This document shows positions 32,175 to 43,879 of a stretch of DNA of 64,000 bases, piece by piece. The stretch is from an uncultured Chloroflexia bacterium (GTDB lineage Bacteria > Chloroflexota > Limnocylindria > Limnocylindrales > CSP1-4). The stretch lies in the NCBI GenBank assembly GCA_963748625.1, contig CAVVJT010000007.1:608001-672000 (forward strand), in the 5' to 3' direction. Position 1 is the stretch's first letter; each line of letters begins with the position of its first letter. The notes under the pieces were generated by a model. That model ran no database searches and had not been told where the DNA came from. It was given only the letters and a program-made list of their open reading frames with translations. The translations under genes and the position numbers were made by a program.

Positions 32175-32780
32175 TCAGTTCTGGATCGCGGCCAGTGCGC
32201 GATCCATGTCGGAGCGACTCATCGCGCCGATCCGGACCTCGCGGACCGTGCCGTCGGCACCGATGAAGAAGTGCGTGGGGATCCCCATCGTGCGGTAGCC
32301 CGCAGCGATGTCCGCGTTCTCGTCCACCAGGATCGGGAACGTCAGCCCCGCGCGGGACGCGTACCCGGCGATCGCGTCGGCCGGCTCGTTCATGAACACG
32401 CCGACCACATCCACCTTGTCCTTGTTCGCGAGATACGCGGCCTCCACGTCCGGCGCCTCATTGCGGCAGTCCGGGCACCACGAGGCGCCGAACGTCAGCC
32501 ACACCGGCCGTCCGGACGACAAGTAGGTCGAGAAATCAACAGGCTCACCGTCGTAGGTCACCCCGCGGAAGGACGGCGGAACCGTCCCGATCTTGGGGGC
32601 ATTCGCGGCGGCGGCGGAACCCAGGTCCACCTCCGTGACCCCATCGGAGGAGGATGCGCCGCCCCCGATGAGGAAGGCGGCCAGCCCGATGACGCCCACG
32701 GTGATCGCGATCACCACGATCGTCTGCAGCCGTCCGGCCGAACGGCCAGCCGGCCGCTCCGCCACATCCGCTGCACTCAT
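32175..32780 (-). CDS. resA: TlpA/ResA-like thiol-disulfide oxidoreductase
   Basis: N-terminal TM; FGASWCPDC, GIPTHFFI; within heme maturation operon. Confidence 0.8.
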   Translation of the reverse strand: MSAADVAERPAGRSAGRLQTIVVIAITVGVIGLAAFLIGGGASSSDGVTEVDLGSAAAANAPKIGTVPPSFRGVTYDGEPVDFSTYLSSGRPVWLTFGASWCPDCRNEAPDVEAAYLANKDKVDVVGVFMNEPADAIAGYASRAGLTFPILVDENADIAAGYRTMGIPTHFFIGADGTVREVRIGAMSRSDMDRALAAIQN

Positions 32781-32810
32781 AGACGAACTCCCTTCACACC
32801 AGACCCGGGC

Positions 32811-33881
32811 TCAGCCCAGGCCGGAGTAGCTGTGGAGCCCGCCGAAGAACAGGTTCCCGAAGTAGGTGAACAGCGTGGCCACGAAGCCCAGGACCAGCAG
32901 CCAGGCGGCGCGATCGCCGCGCCAGCCGCGCATCACGCGGGCGTGGAGGTAGGCGCCGTAGATGAACCAGGTCACCAGCGACGCGGTCTCCTTGGGATCC
33001 CAGCTCCAGTAGGTGCCCCACGCGGTGTCGGCCCAGACGGCGCCCAGGATGATCGTCAGGGTCAGGAACGGGAAGCCGATGACCACGGCGCGGTACCCGA
33101 TCTCGTCGAGCACCTGCGGCTTGGGCAGGCCCCAGCGGCCGCCATCGGAGTCGGAGAGCGAGGCGCCAACCCCGGACCAGCGGGCGATCCCGCCGATGAG
33201 ACCACCGACGACCGCGCCAAGCAGGAGGCCCGCGAGGAGCCCGGTGACCTGGCCCATGATCAGGCGCCGACGATCGCGCCCGGGACCGCGCCGATCAGCA
33301 TGCCCGCGGCCACCATCACCCACCGGCCCTGGAGCAGGAACAGCAGCGAGGCGGCGAACGCGATGGCGAAGGAGCCGTAGGCAACGATCGCGACCGCGAC
33401 GTGGACGGTGAGGAGCAGGTTGTTCTGGAGGGCGGGGACGAGCGGCTCGACGGTCGGCCGGAATGGTTGCCGCGTACAGCAGCATCGCCAGCGCGACCGG
33501 CAGGGCGATCAGGGCGAGGATGCGCTGGTGGTACTTGTGCTCGAACCAGGAGTACGTGACCAGGATGCCGAAGGCGAACGCCATCGAGAACTCGTACATG
33601 TTCGCGAACGGCCCGTGGCCGGTCACAACGGCCCGGAACACCATGCTGGCGCCCAGGAGGGCGGTGGCCAGCCACACGAAGATGGACGCGTACCGTCCTA
33701 GCTCGCCGGTGCGCGGGCCGGACATGAAGCCCACGGTGCCGCCGGCGCCTGAGCCAGGACCGCCCGCCGTCTGCATCCGCGCAGCGCGGACGCCGGAGAC
33801 GGCGTAGAAGATGTAGAGGACGAGCGCGAACGCCGTCATCAGGATTGACGCGATGAACGCGTACTCGGACATCTTTGCCAT
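32811..33881 (-). CDS. ccsA: Cytochrome c biogenesis protein CcsA/ResC (frameshifts ~33465, ~33262)
   Basis: [16 protein letters not shown]...[25 protein letters not shown]. Confidence 0.9.
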   Translation of the reverse strand: MAKMSEYAFIASILMTAFALVLYIFYAVSGVRAARMQTAGGPGSGAGGTVGFMSGPRTGELGRYASIFVWLATALLGASMVFRAVVTGHGPFANMYEFSMAFAFGILVTYSWFEHKYHQRILALIALPVALAMLLYAATIPADRRAARPRPPEQPAPHRPRRGRDRCLRLLRHRVRRLAAVPAPGPVGDGGRGHADRRGPGRDRRRLIMGQVTGLLAGLLLGAVVGGLIGGIARWSGVGASLSDSDGGRWGLPKPQVLDEIGYRAVVIGFPFLTLTIILGAVWADTAWGTYWSWDPKETASLVTWFIYGAYLHARVMRGWRGDRAAWLLVLGFVATLFTYFGNLFFGGLHSYSGLG

Positions 33882-33894
33882 GGTGGGGACTCCC

Positions 33895-35337
33895 TCAGCC
33901 GTTCGCCGGCGTTCGCAGCGCCGTGCGGATGTCGTTGACGATGCTTTCGAACTCGGTGCCCTGCGCCACATCCTTCTGGGTGAGGGTGGCCAGGGCCAGG
34001 ACGGCGCCGCCGTTCGGACGGCTGGTGATGCGGCCCCACACGCGCTTGTGCGGGAACATGAAGCGGATGGCAAAGCCTCCGAAGAGGAGGAACGAGCCCA
34101 GCCACACGAGGGTGACACCCGGGTCGCGCGCGACACTGAGCCGGGTGTACTGGGTCTCACGGTCGAATGTCACGTCGAAGCCCGCAAGACTGGCGGCCTT
34201 GCCCTGGTCGATGACCTCCTGGGCGATCGGCGCGTTGTCCTGCCCGTGCTGCCAGACCTGCACCTCCACCTGCCCCGGCTTGATGCGCGGGTCGCTGGAG
34301 CCGGTGGTGCCCAGGACCCAGAGCGTCTTGTCCGAGTCCGGCACGGACCAGATGGCGAGCTGGCGGTCGTCGGCAGACAAGGACCACTCGTAGGGCAGGC
34401 CCTCGGAGATGAGGACGGCTCCGTCCTCGCCCTTGATCGTCATCGCCGCCGCCGAGCCGAAGCCGGACTGGTAGAAGGTCGTGTCCTTGTAGCGCAGCGG
34501 GTCGTTGACCCGGATGACGTGCTCATCGATCTTCTGGCCGTCCTTGTACAGGACGACGGTGCTGGCGTAGTCGATCGGCTGGCCCGTGGTGGTGTCGTAC
34601 GAGTCCATGAAGTCCAGGACCTCGAGCGCGAGGCCCGCCTCCGCGCCCACGGCCCGGGTGCTGCCCTCGGCCACGGCGAAGCCGCTGTCGCGGTAGCCCC
34701 AGGTGCCGCCGATGATCGCGCCTGCCAGGATCAGGATGATCGAGACATGGGCGATGAGGCCGGCGAACGAGAGCCAGCGGTGCTTGTCCGCGTAGACGTG
34801 GACCGTCCCGTCGTCGGCGTCGAGCACCCGGTAGCCGCGCTTCTTGAGGACGCCCTGTGCGGCGGCGGTCGTCTCGCTCGCGGACTGGCGGGACACGATC
34901 GCCTCGTGCTGGGGCGCATGCTCGAAGAACGCTGCCCCCACGTCCACGCGCGGCTTGGTGGCGGTCCGCCACATGCCGGGCGTGCGATGGACGGAGCAGG
35001 CGATCAGGCTGATCGTCAGGAACGCGACCAGGCCGCGGAAGATCAGCGAGTTGAAGATGTTGAATGCGTCGACCGCCGCGAGCGGGTCCGTCCAGCCCCC
35101 GAATGTCGGGCGGATGCCGTCAAGCCAGTCCGCGCGCGAGGCCGGGTCGGCCCACACGGTGGACGGCGCCTGGATCACGAGCGAGCCGATCACGCCAAGC
35201 ACGGCGATCGCAAGCATCACGACCATGGCCACGCGCATCGAGCTCAGGAAGTGCCAGAGGCCTTCCAGCACGCCGTCAACGCGGTCCATGGCTGAGGGAG
35301 ACGCGGTTGCGGGCCGCGTTTCGACCTTCTGGGTCAT
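33895..35337 (-). CDS. resB: Cytochrome c biogenesis protein ResB/Ccs1
   Basis: LSSMR.A, GSLVIQ, SLIACS, AHVS, IRVNDPL, FYQS, RDPG. Confidence 0.88.
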   Translation of the reverse strand: MTQKVETRPATASPSAMDRVDGVLEGLWHFLSSMRVAMVVMLAIAVLGVIGSLVIQAPSTVWADPASRADWLDGIRPTFGGWTDPLAAVDAFNIFNSLIFRGLVAFLTISLIACSVHRTPGMWRTATKPRVDVGAAFFEHAPQHEAIVSRQSASETTAAAQGVLKKRGYRVLDADDGTVHVYADKHRWLSFAGLIAHVSIILILAGAIIGGTWGYRDSGFAVAEGSTRAVGAEAGLALEVLDFMDSYDTTTGQPIDYASTVVLYKDGQKIDEHVIRVNDPLRYKDTTFYQSGFGSAAAMTIKGEDGAVLISEGLPYEWSLSADDRQLAIWSVPDSDKTLWVLGTTGSSDPRIKPGQVEVQVWQHGQDNAPIAQEVIDQGKAASLAGFDVTFDRETQYTRLSVARDPGVTLVWLGSFLLFGGFAIRFMFPHKRVWGRITSRPNGGAVLALATLTQKDVAQGTEFESIVNDIRTALRTPANG

Positions 35338-35348
35338 CGCCAGCCTCC

Positions 35349-36130
35349 TCAGATCCCGAACGGCGTGCCGAAGGTCGACAGCCGCCCGAGGGTGTTGGTG
35401 AACATCAGGACGCCGAGGATCACGAGCAGGGCGCCCGTGACCAGGTTGACGGCGTGGTTGTGGCGGCCGAACCAGCTCATCCGGCGGGCGACCCAGGAGG
35501 CGCCCATGGCGACCGCGATGAACGGGATGGCGAGGCCGGCGGCGTACGCGACCAGGAGCAGGGTGCCCTGGGCGAACGTCGCCGTGGCGGTGGCGATGCC
35601 GAGGATCCCGCCGAGGATGGGCCCGATGCACGGGCTCCAGCCGGCGGCGAACAGCAGGCCGAAGACGAAGGAACGGGGGTAGGCCGGAGTGCCGGGGCGG
35701 CTGGCGACGGCGCTCGATAGCGCCGCTGCCCGTGCCCGGGCCGCCGGCCATCACGAGGCCGCCGCCCATGGAGGGCATCACGCGGGTGTCGCGCCAGAGC
35801 GCGCGGACGTTGATGACGCCCGCGACCTGGAGGCCCATGAAGATCATCAGCGCGCCGATGATCATGTTCAGGTAGCGCCGGTCCACGAAGGCGCCGATCA
35901 CGCCCAGCAGGGCGTAGAAGGCGATGAACACGAGCGAGAAGCCCGCGCTGAACGCGAGGCCGTGGAAGAAGGCCGGGCGACGACCGGTGGTGCCCTCACC
36001 GGTCGCGCCCAGCATGTAGGAGACGTAGGCAGGAACGAGCGGCAGGCAGCAGGGGGATGCGAAGGACGCCAGCCCGCGCCAGGAAGGCGAGGCCGATGCC
36101 CAGCACGCTGCCGAGCTCGAGAGCGGTCAT
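35349..36130 (-). CDS. ccdA: Cytochrome c biogenesis protein CcdA (frameshifted)
   Basis: SFASPCCLPLVPAY, GFSLVF, GWSPCIGPILG, GLAIPF. Confidence 0.85.
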
Positions 36131-36133
36131 GGC

Positions 36134-37543
36134 TCAGGCTCCCACCGCGCGTGCGCCGGTCCTGGCGGGATTGACGTTCCCGGCCGGGCTGGCCGACGGG
36201 GCGGGGCTGGCCGAGGGCGCTGCCGACGGGGCCGCCGACGGGGCGCCGGAGGGCGCTGTCGACGGGGCAGCCGGAGCGCACAGGCATCATCGAGTTGCGT
36301 TGCCAGCGACTCCAGGTGGGACTTGGCCGTCTGGGCGAGGTCGGTCGTCGGGTCGATCTCGACGACCTGCTCCCACTCGCGCTGTGACGGCTGTCCAGTC
36401 CGGTTCGGCCTGGTTCAGGTAGAGGAACCCGAGGTCGTAGTGGACCTCCTGGTTGTCAGGGAACTTCGTCGGCGAACGCGGTCCACACCTTCTCGGCGTT
36501 CTCGACGTCACCAACGTTGAAGTAGACGGCGCCGCGCGCGAGGACGGCCCGCTCGTTGTCCGGCTCGATGGCGATGACCTTGTCCAGCCACGTGCCGGCC
36601 GTCTCGTACTCGCTCGACCGCGTAGTACTCGTTCGCGAGGGCGATGCAGCGTCTCCACGTCCTCGGGGTTCGCCTGGAGCTTGGTCATCAGCTCGGTGAT
36701 CCTCGCCGCGTCGACCGTCGGGGCGCTCGGCCTGCGCGGTGCGCCGTACCGGTGTTGCCCGAGGTGATCGGCGCTGCGGAGGACGAGCTGCCGAACAGGA
36801 AGTTGAAGCCCAGGAACCCGACCACCAGGACGCCGATGATGGAGAACGTGGCGATGTAGAGCCGCTTCCAGGGGTTCGTGGCGGTCGCAGCAGCCGGCGA
36901 CCGGCGCCGCCTTGGTGGCGGCTGGCCACCTTGCGCGCCTCGCGGCGATCCTTCTTGGTGGGCCGCTTGGCGTTGGGCGCCATGTCCGCGTGGGCGCTCG
37001 GCGTCACCGAGGCGTACAGCGCGGCCAGGTCCTCGGCGTCGGGCTCGCCCTCGATGGCGGCCGCGACGTCCTCGGGAGACTCGGCCTCGTCGGCCGGCTC
37101 CGCGACGCTCGTCAGCCTCGGTCGTCGGCGTCCACTGCAGCGGCATCCGCCACGGCAGCCGGGATCTCCTCGTCGAGGGAGATCCCGGCGGGCCGGAGGT
37201 GTCGCCGGCCCGCCGGGTACGACCACGGACGGACTCGTCGGGCTCCTGAGGGCCGAGCCCTCGAGACCGACCGGGTCGGTGAGTTTGAGGTACGCCGCGT
37301 CAAGCGCGGCGACCTGGGCGTGGGCCCATCCTCGCAGTTGCGGGGGTGCGGACGCGAGGTACTCGCTCGCGGCCTCGTGGAGGCGGTCCACGTCGTCGGG
37401 GGAAGCGCTGGCTGCCAGGCCGAGCTGGGCCAGCAGCTCGTTCTGGGCCTGCTCGGCCTCAGTGACCGGGACGCCGCGCGGGCTCATGCCGCGCTCCGGG
37501 CCCGGCGCGCGCGCGTGCTCACGCGCGCGGTCGTGCGAAACAT
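36134..37543 (-). CDS. Membrane TPR protein with J-domain-like N-terminus (multiple frameshifts; ends approximate)
   Basis: LGL..SAS...AAY..L.DP N-terminus; TM; LQANPED, WLDKVIAIEPDN, HYDLGFLY TPR motifs. Confidence 0.55.
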
Positions 37544-37687
37544 GTTGATTGCCCTCAGCTATGTGCCGCGAGGGGCCGCGGCTTGACACCTGCTGAGATT
37601 GTCCGGGCACCAGGCGCTGCTCGCCCATGCGTAAGGCGGCACATTTCCGCGGGACCGTGACGGGCCAGAGGGTGGAGAAACGGACGC

Positions 37688-37716
37688 GGCCCCTGTATCC
37701 GCTCGATACAGGGGCC
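37688..37716. terminator. Perfect 12-bp hairpin (terminator or operator)
   Basis: GGCCCCTGTATC-cgctc-GATACAGGGGCC just downstream of the octaheme gene. Confidence 0.5.
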
Positions 37717-37743
37717 TCGAGAACCACGGTGCCGCGCGGTCGC

Positions 37744-40083
37744 CTAGTAGCGGAACGCCTGGTGGTCCTTGCCGTGGCACATCATCGTGCAGGTGCCCAG
37801 CGCCGTTGGCGTCTTCACGATGAACTGGAACCCCAGGCCGGGCGAGTCCACGACGTTGGGCGCGAAGTTGACGAGCCGCGGGTTGTCCGCCTGCCCGCCG
37901 ATGGCCAGGCTGCTGCCATGGATCCGGAAGTGGCACTCGGCGCACAGGGCGTTGCCCTGGCCGGCGCCGGCGACGTCGATGTCCCGGCCCCCGGACCCGC
38001 TGCCCCGGATGCCCGACATGTGCAGTCCGTGGTACCGGAAGTTGGAGTCCGCGCGGTTGGTGCGGCTCGTGTCGGTCATGGGCGGCTCTGTGTGGCAGAG
38101 GTAGCACTCGGCGAAGTTGCCGACCGCGTAGAGCGTGCCCGATGCCGATAGGACCCGGTCCTCGTACTTGCGGAGCAGGATCCCGCGGTTGGCCGATGCG
38201 TGGTTGTCGATCGACGCGTCCGCCGTGACCGCTGCGACCGTCGATGAACCGTGGCAGTTCTGGCAGCGGATCGTGGAGGTCGTCGTGAACGTCCACAACT
38301 TGTACGGCGATGTCCCGGCCAGGTTCGTGTTCATCTTCACGGTCTGGTTGGTGCCCGCAGCCTCGACCGGGTGGAACGAGGCGTTGGACGGGTTGAACTC
38401 AAGTGCCTTGTCGAGCGCCCAGCGGCTCGGGTGCGCCGGGTCCTGGGCGCGAAGGTCCGTGAACGCGGAGTGGCACTTGAAGCAGAGCTCGTACTCCTTG
38501 GCCGAGGTGAGGTTCCAGGTGTACGCCGGTGCCGTGTTCGCGGCCCCGTTGACGACCGAGACGCCGGAGGCACCCTTGAGAGCGCCGCTTGCGGACCACG
38601 CCGTGGCCTTGCCGTCAGGGCCCGCCGGCCCCATCACGGGCAGGGTCGAGTCAGCCAGGTGTGGCTGGTGGCAGTCTGAGCACTCGCTGTGCCGGTTCTC
38701 CACGCCCTCGAACTCGTTGGTGCGGTCGGACACGTGGTCCGATGCGACGGTTGCCGGGTGGCGGAAGAAGCTCGACGTCGCCGGGTCGTTGGCCGGGAAC
38801 GCCGGGTTGGTGAACTCGGCCTTCGTATTGGCATCCGCACCCGACCCGTCGTGACAGCTGAAGCACATCGTGGAGATCGGCGAGAACGTCGCCTTCTGCA
38901 GCATCGCGCCTTCGGCGGTGTGGGTCCGATGGCAGGACGCGCAGGCATCGCTCTCGAGGGAGGCCTCCGCAAGGTGCGGTGAGGAGAACGATCCGGCGAG
39001 GGGCCCGAGGTCCAGCGGGGTGAGCTGTTCGGCGGCCGCGGCGTGCCGGGTTGCCATCAGCTGCTCCGGCTTGGCGAGCGGGAAGGCGGGCTCCTCCGAC
39101 GGGGCGCCCTCGACCTCCTCGGCAGAACGCTGCCCGGGGGTGATGACCTGCTCCGGCTGCGGCTCCATCGTCAGCTGCGCGTCGATGCGATCGGTGACGG
39201 CCGCCTCGCCCAGGCCAAGCCGGAGGTTGAACTCCGCCAGCCACGGTGCCGCATCAGTGGCGCGCACACGGAACTCGATGTCCGTGTAGGAGTCGGCGGG
39301 GAGCTGGAGGTGCGGGGCAGGGTTCTCACCCGCGCTGATGAGTCCCTTGACCGGGTTGCCTGGGGTTTCCCCCACCGTCGCCCGCAGGTCCGCAGGCAGG
39401 ATGTCAGTTGTCCGGACCTCATACTCGCGACCCTTGTCCGATGCTGCGTAGAAGGGCACATCGGGCACCGGATTGACCTCGGGTACCGCGTCCCAGGCGG
39501 GGGCATCGGCGGCAGCGCTCCACAGGAGCTTGGGAGTGACCTGCTCGTCCGTCGCGCCGTCGTTCACCACCCGGAACCGGACCCGGTACACGACCGAGAA
39601 GGTCATGCCGGCCAGCGGCTCGTCCTCAGCGCCAGCGACAGCGAGGGCGCCGAGGTCGGTCTCGGTGTCAACCCACACGTGCTCGATGCGGACGCCCTTC
39701 TCGGGCGCCGGCGTCGCGGACGGCTCGGGGAGCGGCGTGGAGGACGGATCGGGGGTCGGGTCCGTCGACGGGCCAGGGGTCGGCTCCGGTCCGACAACCG
39801 GACTCGCGCTCGGGTCGGGCAGGGCCGAGGGGTCGGGCACAGCCGAGGGGTCGGGCACGGGCGTCGTGCCGGGCTGCTCGGAGGCAGCCGGTGCGGGCGT
39901 GGCGCCCGGGTCGAAGAACGGCTGTGCGGCGGGGTCAACAGGCGTGGCAGTGGGCTGCGGTTCAGGCGTCGGATCCAGGGCCGACGCCACCGGGATCGCC
40001 GGGGAGACCGTCGCCAGCAGGCCAGCCAGAACCAGCCACGCTCCGAGGAGCGGGCCGGCACGGCGGGTGATTGCTGACTTCAT
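37744..40083 (-). CDS. Secreted octaheme cytochrome c with Pro-rich linker and non-heme N-terminal domain
   Basis: Signal peptide; PDPS repeats; CASCH, CFSCH, CSDCH, CFKCH, CQNCH, CYLCH, CAECH, CTMMCH. Confidence 0.85.
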   Translation of the reverse strand: MKSAITRRAGPLLGAWLVLAGLLATVSPAIPVASALDPTPEPQPTATPVDPAAQPFFDPGATPAPAASEQPGTTPVPDPSAVPDPSALPDPSASPVVGPEPTPGPSTDPTPDPSSTPLPEPSATPAPEKGVRIEHVWVDTETDLGALAVAGAEDEPLAGMTFSVVYRVRFRVVNDGATDEQVTPKLLWSAAADAPAWDAVPEVNPVPDVPFYAASDKGREYEVRTTDILPADLRATVGETPGNPVKGLISAGENPAPHLQLPADSYTDIEFRVRATDAAPWLAEFNLRLGLGEAAVTDRIDAQLTMEPQPEQVITPGQRSAEEVEGAPSEEPAFPLAKPEQLMATRHAAAAEQLTPLDLGPLAGSFSSPHLAEASLESDACASCHRTHTAEGAMLQKATFSPISTMCFSCHDGSGADANTKAEFTNPAFPANDPATSSFFRHPATVASDHVSDRTNEFEGVENRHSECSDCHQPHLADSTLPVMGPAGPDGKATAWSASGALKGASGVSVVNGAANTAPAYTWNLTSAKEYELCFKCHSAFTDLRAQDPAHPSRWALDKALEFNPSNASFHPVEAAGTNQTVKMNTNLAGTSPYKLWTFTTTSTIRCQNCHGSSTVAAVTADASIDNHASANRGILLRKYEDRVLSASGTLYAVGNFAECYLCHTEPPMTDTSRTNRADSNFRYHGLHMSGIRGSGSGGRDIDVAGAGQGNALCAECHFRIHGSSLAIGGQADNPRLVNFAPNVVDSPGLGFQFIVKTPTALGTCTMMCHGKDHQAFRY

Positions 40084-40131
40084 GAGGCGGGACGTCCTCT
40101 CGGTTGTGATTGGTGGGGTTGCGTGGATGAG

Positions 40132-41394
40132 TTACGGGTTCCTGAAGTTCCCGGTGTACGGGATGGTGTTCGTCGGGTCGTGGCAGGCCTGGCAGGTGCC
40201 ACGGTTGTCGATCTTGAGCAGGCGGCTGTTGAGGTACGTGGTGGTCGGGCCGGTGCCGACGGTCGTCGGTGCGGACCCGTCCGGGTAGTCCATCGCCCCC
40301 GAGTTGCCGATCATCGTGGCGTTGCTGCCGTGCGAGACGTGGCACTGGGTGCAGGCGACGGTCTGAGTGAGGTGACGGTACGTGTAGATGGAGTCGCCAC
40401 TCGGTGTCGTGATGTCGGACGACGTCGCGTGGTACCGGCTATGGCACGTGGAGCACCAGGCCTCGATCTCGACGTTGAAGGTGACGAGATTGTCCGGGGC
40501 GCCGACCACGTACATCGGGATGTCGCCCGGGACGCCGGTGCCAGCCTCGTCCTCGAAGCCGTTCCAGGTCGGTACGCCGTCCCAGGGCAGCCACTTGCGC
40601 CAGTAATCGCCGGCCGTGGGGCCGAGCGCGGCGGTGACCACGTCCTGGAGGGTACGACCGTTCTGGACGGTGTAGTTGCGCGTGCCTGCGGCGCCGCTCC
40701 CGCTCGGGAGCTCCGCGTCATTGACCGTCGCCCCCGGCTCGCCGACGCGCACGAAGTCAGCGCCGTCAGCCTCGGGGCGGGGGTTCAGGATCCGGTACTG
40801 GCCGTTGCCATGCGGGTTGTGGCACGTGCCGCAGCTGATCGTCGCGGTGGGTCCGGCGCCGCTGTCGATCGCGCCGTTGCCCCAGACAACATCGCGGGCC
40901 ACCACGCCACCGGCACCATCGACATCGAGGTGCGCGGACGTGACGGGGGCGCCATCGACGAGGGCAGGGACCAGCATGGAGAAGCTGGTGCGGAACTCGG
41001 TGGGGGCGAGGAACGGGTAGGAGATGCGCGAGGGGTTGGCGGAGTCGATGCGTGCATCCACAAAGCCGCCGGCCCGCAGAGCACCGGCGATCACTCCGGT
41101 GTCGCGTTCGCCGGTCGCGAGGCCGTATTGGATGCCGCTCTGGACATCAGTCGTGGCGCCTGTGCTTGACGCGCCGTGGCAGGTGAAGCAGAGCTCCTCC
41201 TCCGTCGCGGTCTTGAGCAGTTTCGCCCCTTGGGCGGTGTGCGTCCGATGGCAGCCGGCACAGCTGTCCGCAGTCAGCGACGAGAGGCCGTTGTTGCTGC
41301 CGGCAACGTGAGGGCCGCCGTCCGCAAGGACGGGGAACGCGGCGAGGAACAGCCACAGCGTGCCGGCTGCCATCAGCAGCGTCAGCTTCTTCAC
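40132..41394 (-). CDS. Secreted hexaheme cytochrome c, OmcS-like motif order (paralog B, intact)
   Basis: AAGGAGGTG RBS; signal; DGGPH, CAGCHRTH, CFTCH, CGTCHNPHG..YRIL, WCSTCH, YRH, CTQCHVSHGS, CQACH. Confidence 0.88.
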   Translation of the reverse strand: MKKLTLLMAAGTLWLFLAAFPVLADGGPHVAGSNNGLSSLTADSCAGCHRTHTAQGAKLLKTATEEELCFTCHGASSTGATTDVQSGIQYGLATGERDTGVIAGALRAGGFVDARIDSANPSRISYPFLAPTEFRTSFSMLVPALVDGAPVTSAHLDVDGAGGVVARDVVWGNGAIDSGAGPTATISCGTCHNPHGNGQYRILNPRPEADGADFVRVGEPGATVNDAELPSGSGAAGTRNYTVQNGRTLQDVVTAALGPTAGDYWRKWLPWDGVPTWNGFEDEAGTGVPGDIPMYVVGAPDNLVTFNVEIEAWCSTCHSRYHATSSDITTPSGDSIYTYRHLTQTVACTQCHVSHGSNATMIGNSGAMDYPDGSAPTTVGTGPTTTYLNSRLLKIDNRGTCQACHDPTNTIPYTGNFRNP

Positions 41395-41456
41395 TGTCCT
41401 CACCTCCTTTCCTTCGGGTTGGACGCAGGGGTTGGCGTGTGGTGTTGAGTCGGGGT

Positions 41457-41490
41457 GAGCCCGGTGGCGCCGGAGGCGACCACCGGGCTC
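41457..41490. terminator. Intergenic stem-loop between cytochrome paralogs C and B
   Basis: GAGCCCGGTGG...CCACCGGGCTC 11-bp stem. Confidence 0.5.
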
Positions 41491-41505
41491 TTCAGTATCG
41501 GGGTG

Positions 41506-43766
41506 TTACGGGGTCGCCGGCATGATGCCGACGGACCCGCCCGTGCCAGCCAGCGATGATGTCGACGTCGGCGCCGGAAGAGTCGTGGAGGTACCGTGAA
41601 GTCGTGGCTCAAGGATGCGACCTGACGATGACTGGCGGTTGGCGGTGCCAGTCGACTCTGGTGATACCAGCGATGTTGACCTGGTCGCCGACCGCGAGGC
41701 CGTGAGCACGCCGACGTGAAGTACGTCGGTGGTCGGCAGTCCACGCCGAGGCGAGTGCGACCTTCTGGAACGGAGCACGACCGGGAACTGGTCGCCAGCG
41801 ACCGTCGTGCCCGTGGGCTCGTGGCACTGCTGGCAGGTTCCGCGGTTGTCGATCTTCAGCAGCCGGCTGTTGCCGACCGCATCTGGTCCCATCCGGGAAG
41901 GTGAAGTTGGCGCTGTACTCGCCGGTCATCTGCGGCATTGGAGCCGTGCGAGACGTGGCAGGTGAGGCAGCCGCGACCGGAGCTCGCACCGCGAGTGCGG
42001 TGCTGGTACGAGAAGATCGCGTCGCCGGGGCGCGGGTTGCTGTAAGCCGGGCCGGTGGCGGTGCCGTCGGTCGGATCCTCGGTCGGCTCGGACCAGGCGT
42101 AGTAGCGGCTGTGGCACGAGGTGCACCACGCTGCCATCTGCTCGCCGAAGCCGCCGGTGAACTGCAGGCGGTGCCGCCGCCGGGGATGGCCGTTCGGTGC
42201 GTCGTAGGTTCGACGCGCCGCTGGGCCGTGTTCCACGGCACGCGGTAGTGGAAGTAGTCGCCGTCGGTCGGGTCGAACGCGGCCGCCTCGCAGGCGAGGA
42301 GGACGTCGTTCTGGCGACGGCTGCGCACCGCCGATGGCGTCGGTTGCGGAGGACACGCCGGCGAGCGTGAAGGTCGTCGTCGTTGCGGTGGCGACCTTGA
42401 CGGTGGTGTTCGAGCTGCACGGCGCTCGTGGAGCCACCAACGGTCATCCCGGTGACGTTGACCGTGTCACCGACCGCGAAACCGTGGGCGGCGGCGGTCG
42501 TGTAGACAAAGGTCGTTCCGACTGTAGCTGACCACGACGGCCCAGGACTTGGGTCCTGGATGACGGTGTAGTTGCGGGCATCGCGCAGCCGGCGAGGGCC
42601 GCAGCGTCGGTGACCCGAACGCCACCGTTGCGGATCGACCTTGCCACCGAGACGGTGGTGCCATCGGTGACGCCGGTAATCGTGAAGGTCAGGTCGGACG
42701 GAACGGTGGCAACCGCGCCCGTGACGTTGGCCGCACCCAGCGCGTTGCCGCGTGACGGTGACGTTGTCGCCGATCAGCAGGCCGTGGCTGGCCACAGTCG
42801 TGTAGACCTTGTTGGAGTAGCTGAGCGAGGGCGACGCCCTGCGGCAGCACGGTGCCGCCGGTGCCGGTGCCGGCAGCCAGCTTGAAGGAGACGACCGGAG
42901 TGACCCGCCGGCAGGCTCGTCTTGGCGGTGAACTCGGTCGTGGGAGACGATCGTGTCGATCCACAGCGTCCGGTTGGCGGCCGTGGTGGAGTTACCGGCT
43001 ACCACGATCTGGTTGTTGACCGCCAGATCGTGGTTGGCGCCGGTGGTGAACAGCGCTGCGGCGTTGGCGGTAGCGGTGCCATAACCGATCACGCTGGTGA
43101 GCGCGGTCGTCGGGTACTGGCCGCCACCCCACGTGGCGTCAATGCCAGTAGCGCCGGGGATGGTGTTCAGGATGCGGTACTGCCCGTTCCCGTGCGGGTT
43201 GTGGCAGGAGCCGCAGGAGACGTCGGCAGCCGGGCCGGCACCGGAGCCGTTGGCCCCGTTGCCCCAGGCGATGCCGGGCTGCGTCAGGCCGGCAAGGCCG
43301 GGCATGTGCGCAGAGGTGACCGCCTCGAGACGGTGCGAGACGGTGACCTTGCCGTAGCGCGAGCTGTTGCCCGTCGCGCTGGTCTGGAGTGAGAACGGAA
43401 GGGATCGCCGATGCGGGCCTCTTCGAAGCCGCCGCCGCGGAGGGCGCCCAGGTCGGCCGTGCCGCTGCGCGGTTCTTCAGCGATCGTCGGAGGGCTCGTA
43501 CTGGACGCCCATGACGACGTCCGTGGTTGCGCCCGTCAGGCCGCACCGTGGCACGCGAGGCACAGGTCCTCTTCCGTGGTCTGGTTCAGCAGCAAGGGGC
43601 CCTTGGCGGTATGGACCCGGTGGCAGCCGGCGCAACTATCGGCCGTCAGCGACGTGACGCCGTTGTTGATCGACGACGTGTGGGGTCCACCATCCGCGAA
43701 CGCAGGAACCGCGGCAAGGAACAGCCAAAGTGTGCCGGCTGCGATCAGCAGCGTCAGCTTCTTCAC
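41506..43766 (-). CDS. Hexaheme OmcS-like cytochrome with inserted beta-rich repeats (paralog C; many frameshifts)
   Basis: Signal nearly identical to paralog B; CAGCH, CLACH, CGSCH, WCTSCH, CLTCH, CQQCH; four T...HGL..GD.V...G repeats. Confidence 0.75.
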
Positions 43767-43879
43767 TGTCCAAGCCTCCTTTCTGTAACTAACTACGTGC
43801 GTGTTGATTGACGTGGGCCGCCAATGGGGCGGCGGCTAGTTGGTCGGAAACACCTCCTGCTACTCCCTCTCATCTACCT

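Noticed and set aside
33259-33263. TGA in ccsA as selenocysteine
   Set aside because: The downstream sequence continues in a different frame, so this is a one-base deletion, not read-through
33895-36015. 706-aa CcdA-ResB fusion
   Set aside because: CcdA's own C-terminus and stop (35349) are in another frame, and resB has its own GAGGAGG RBS
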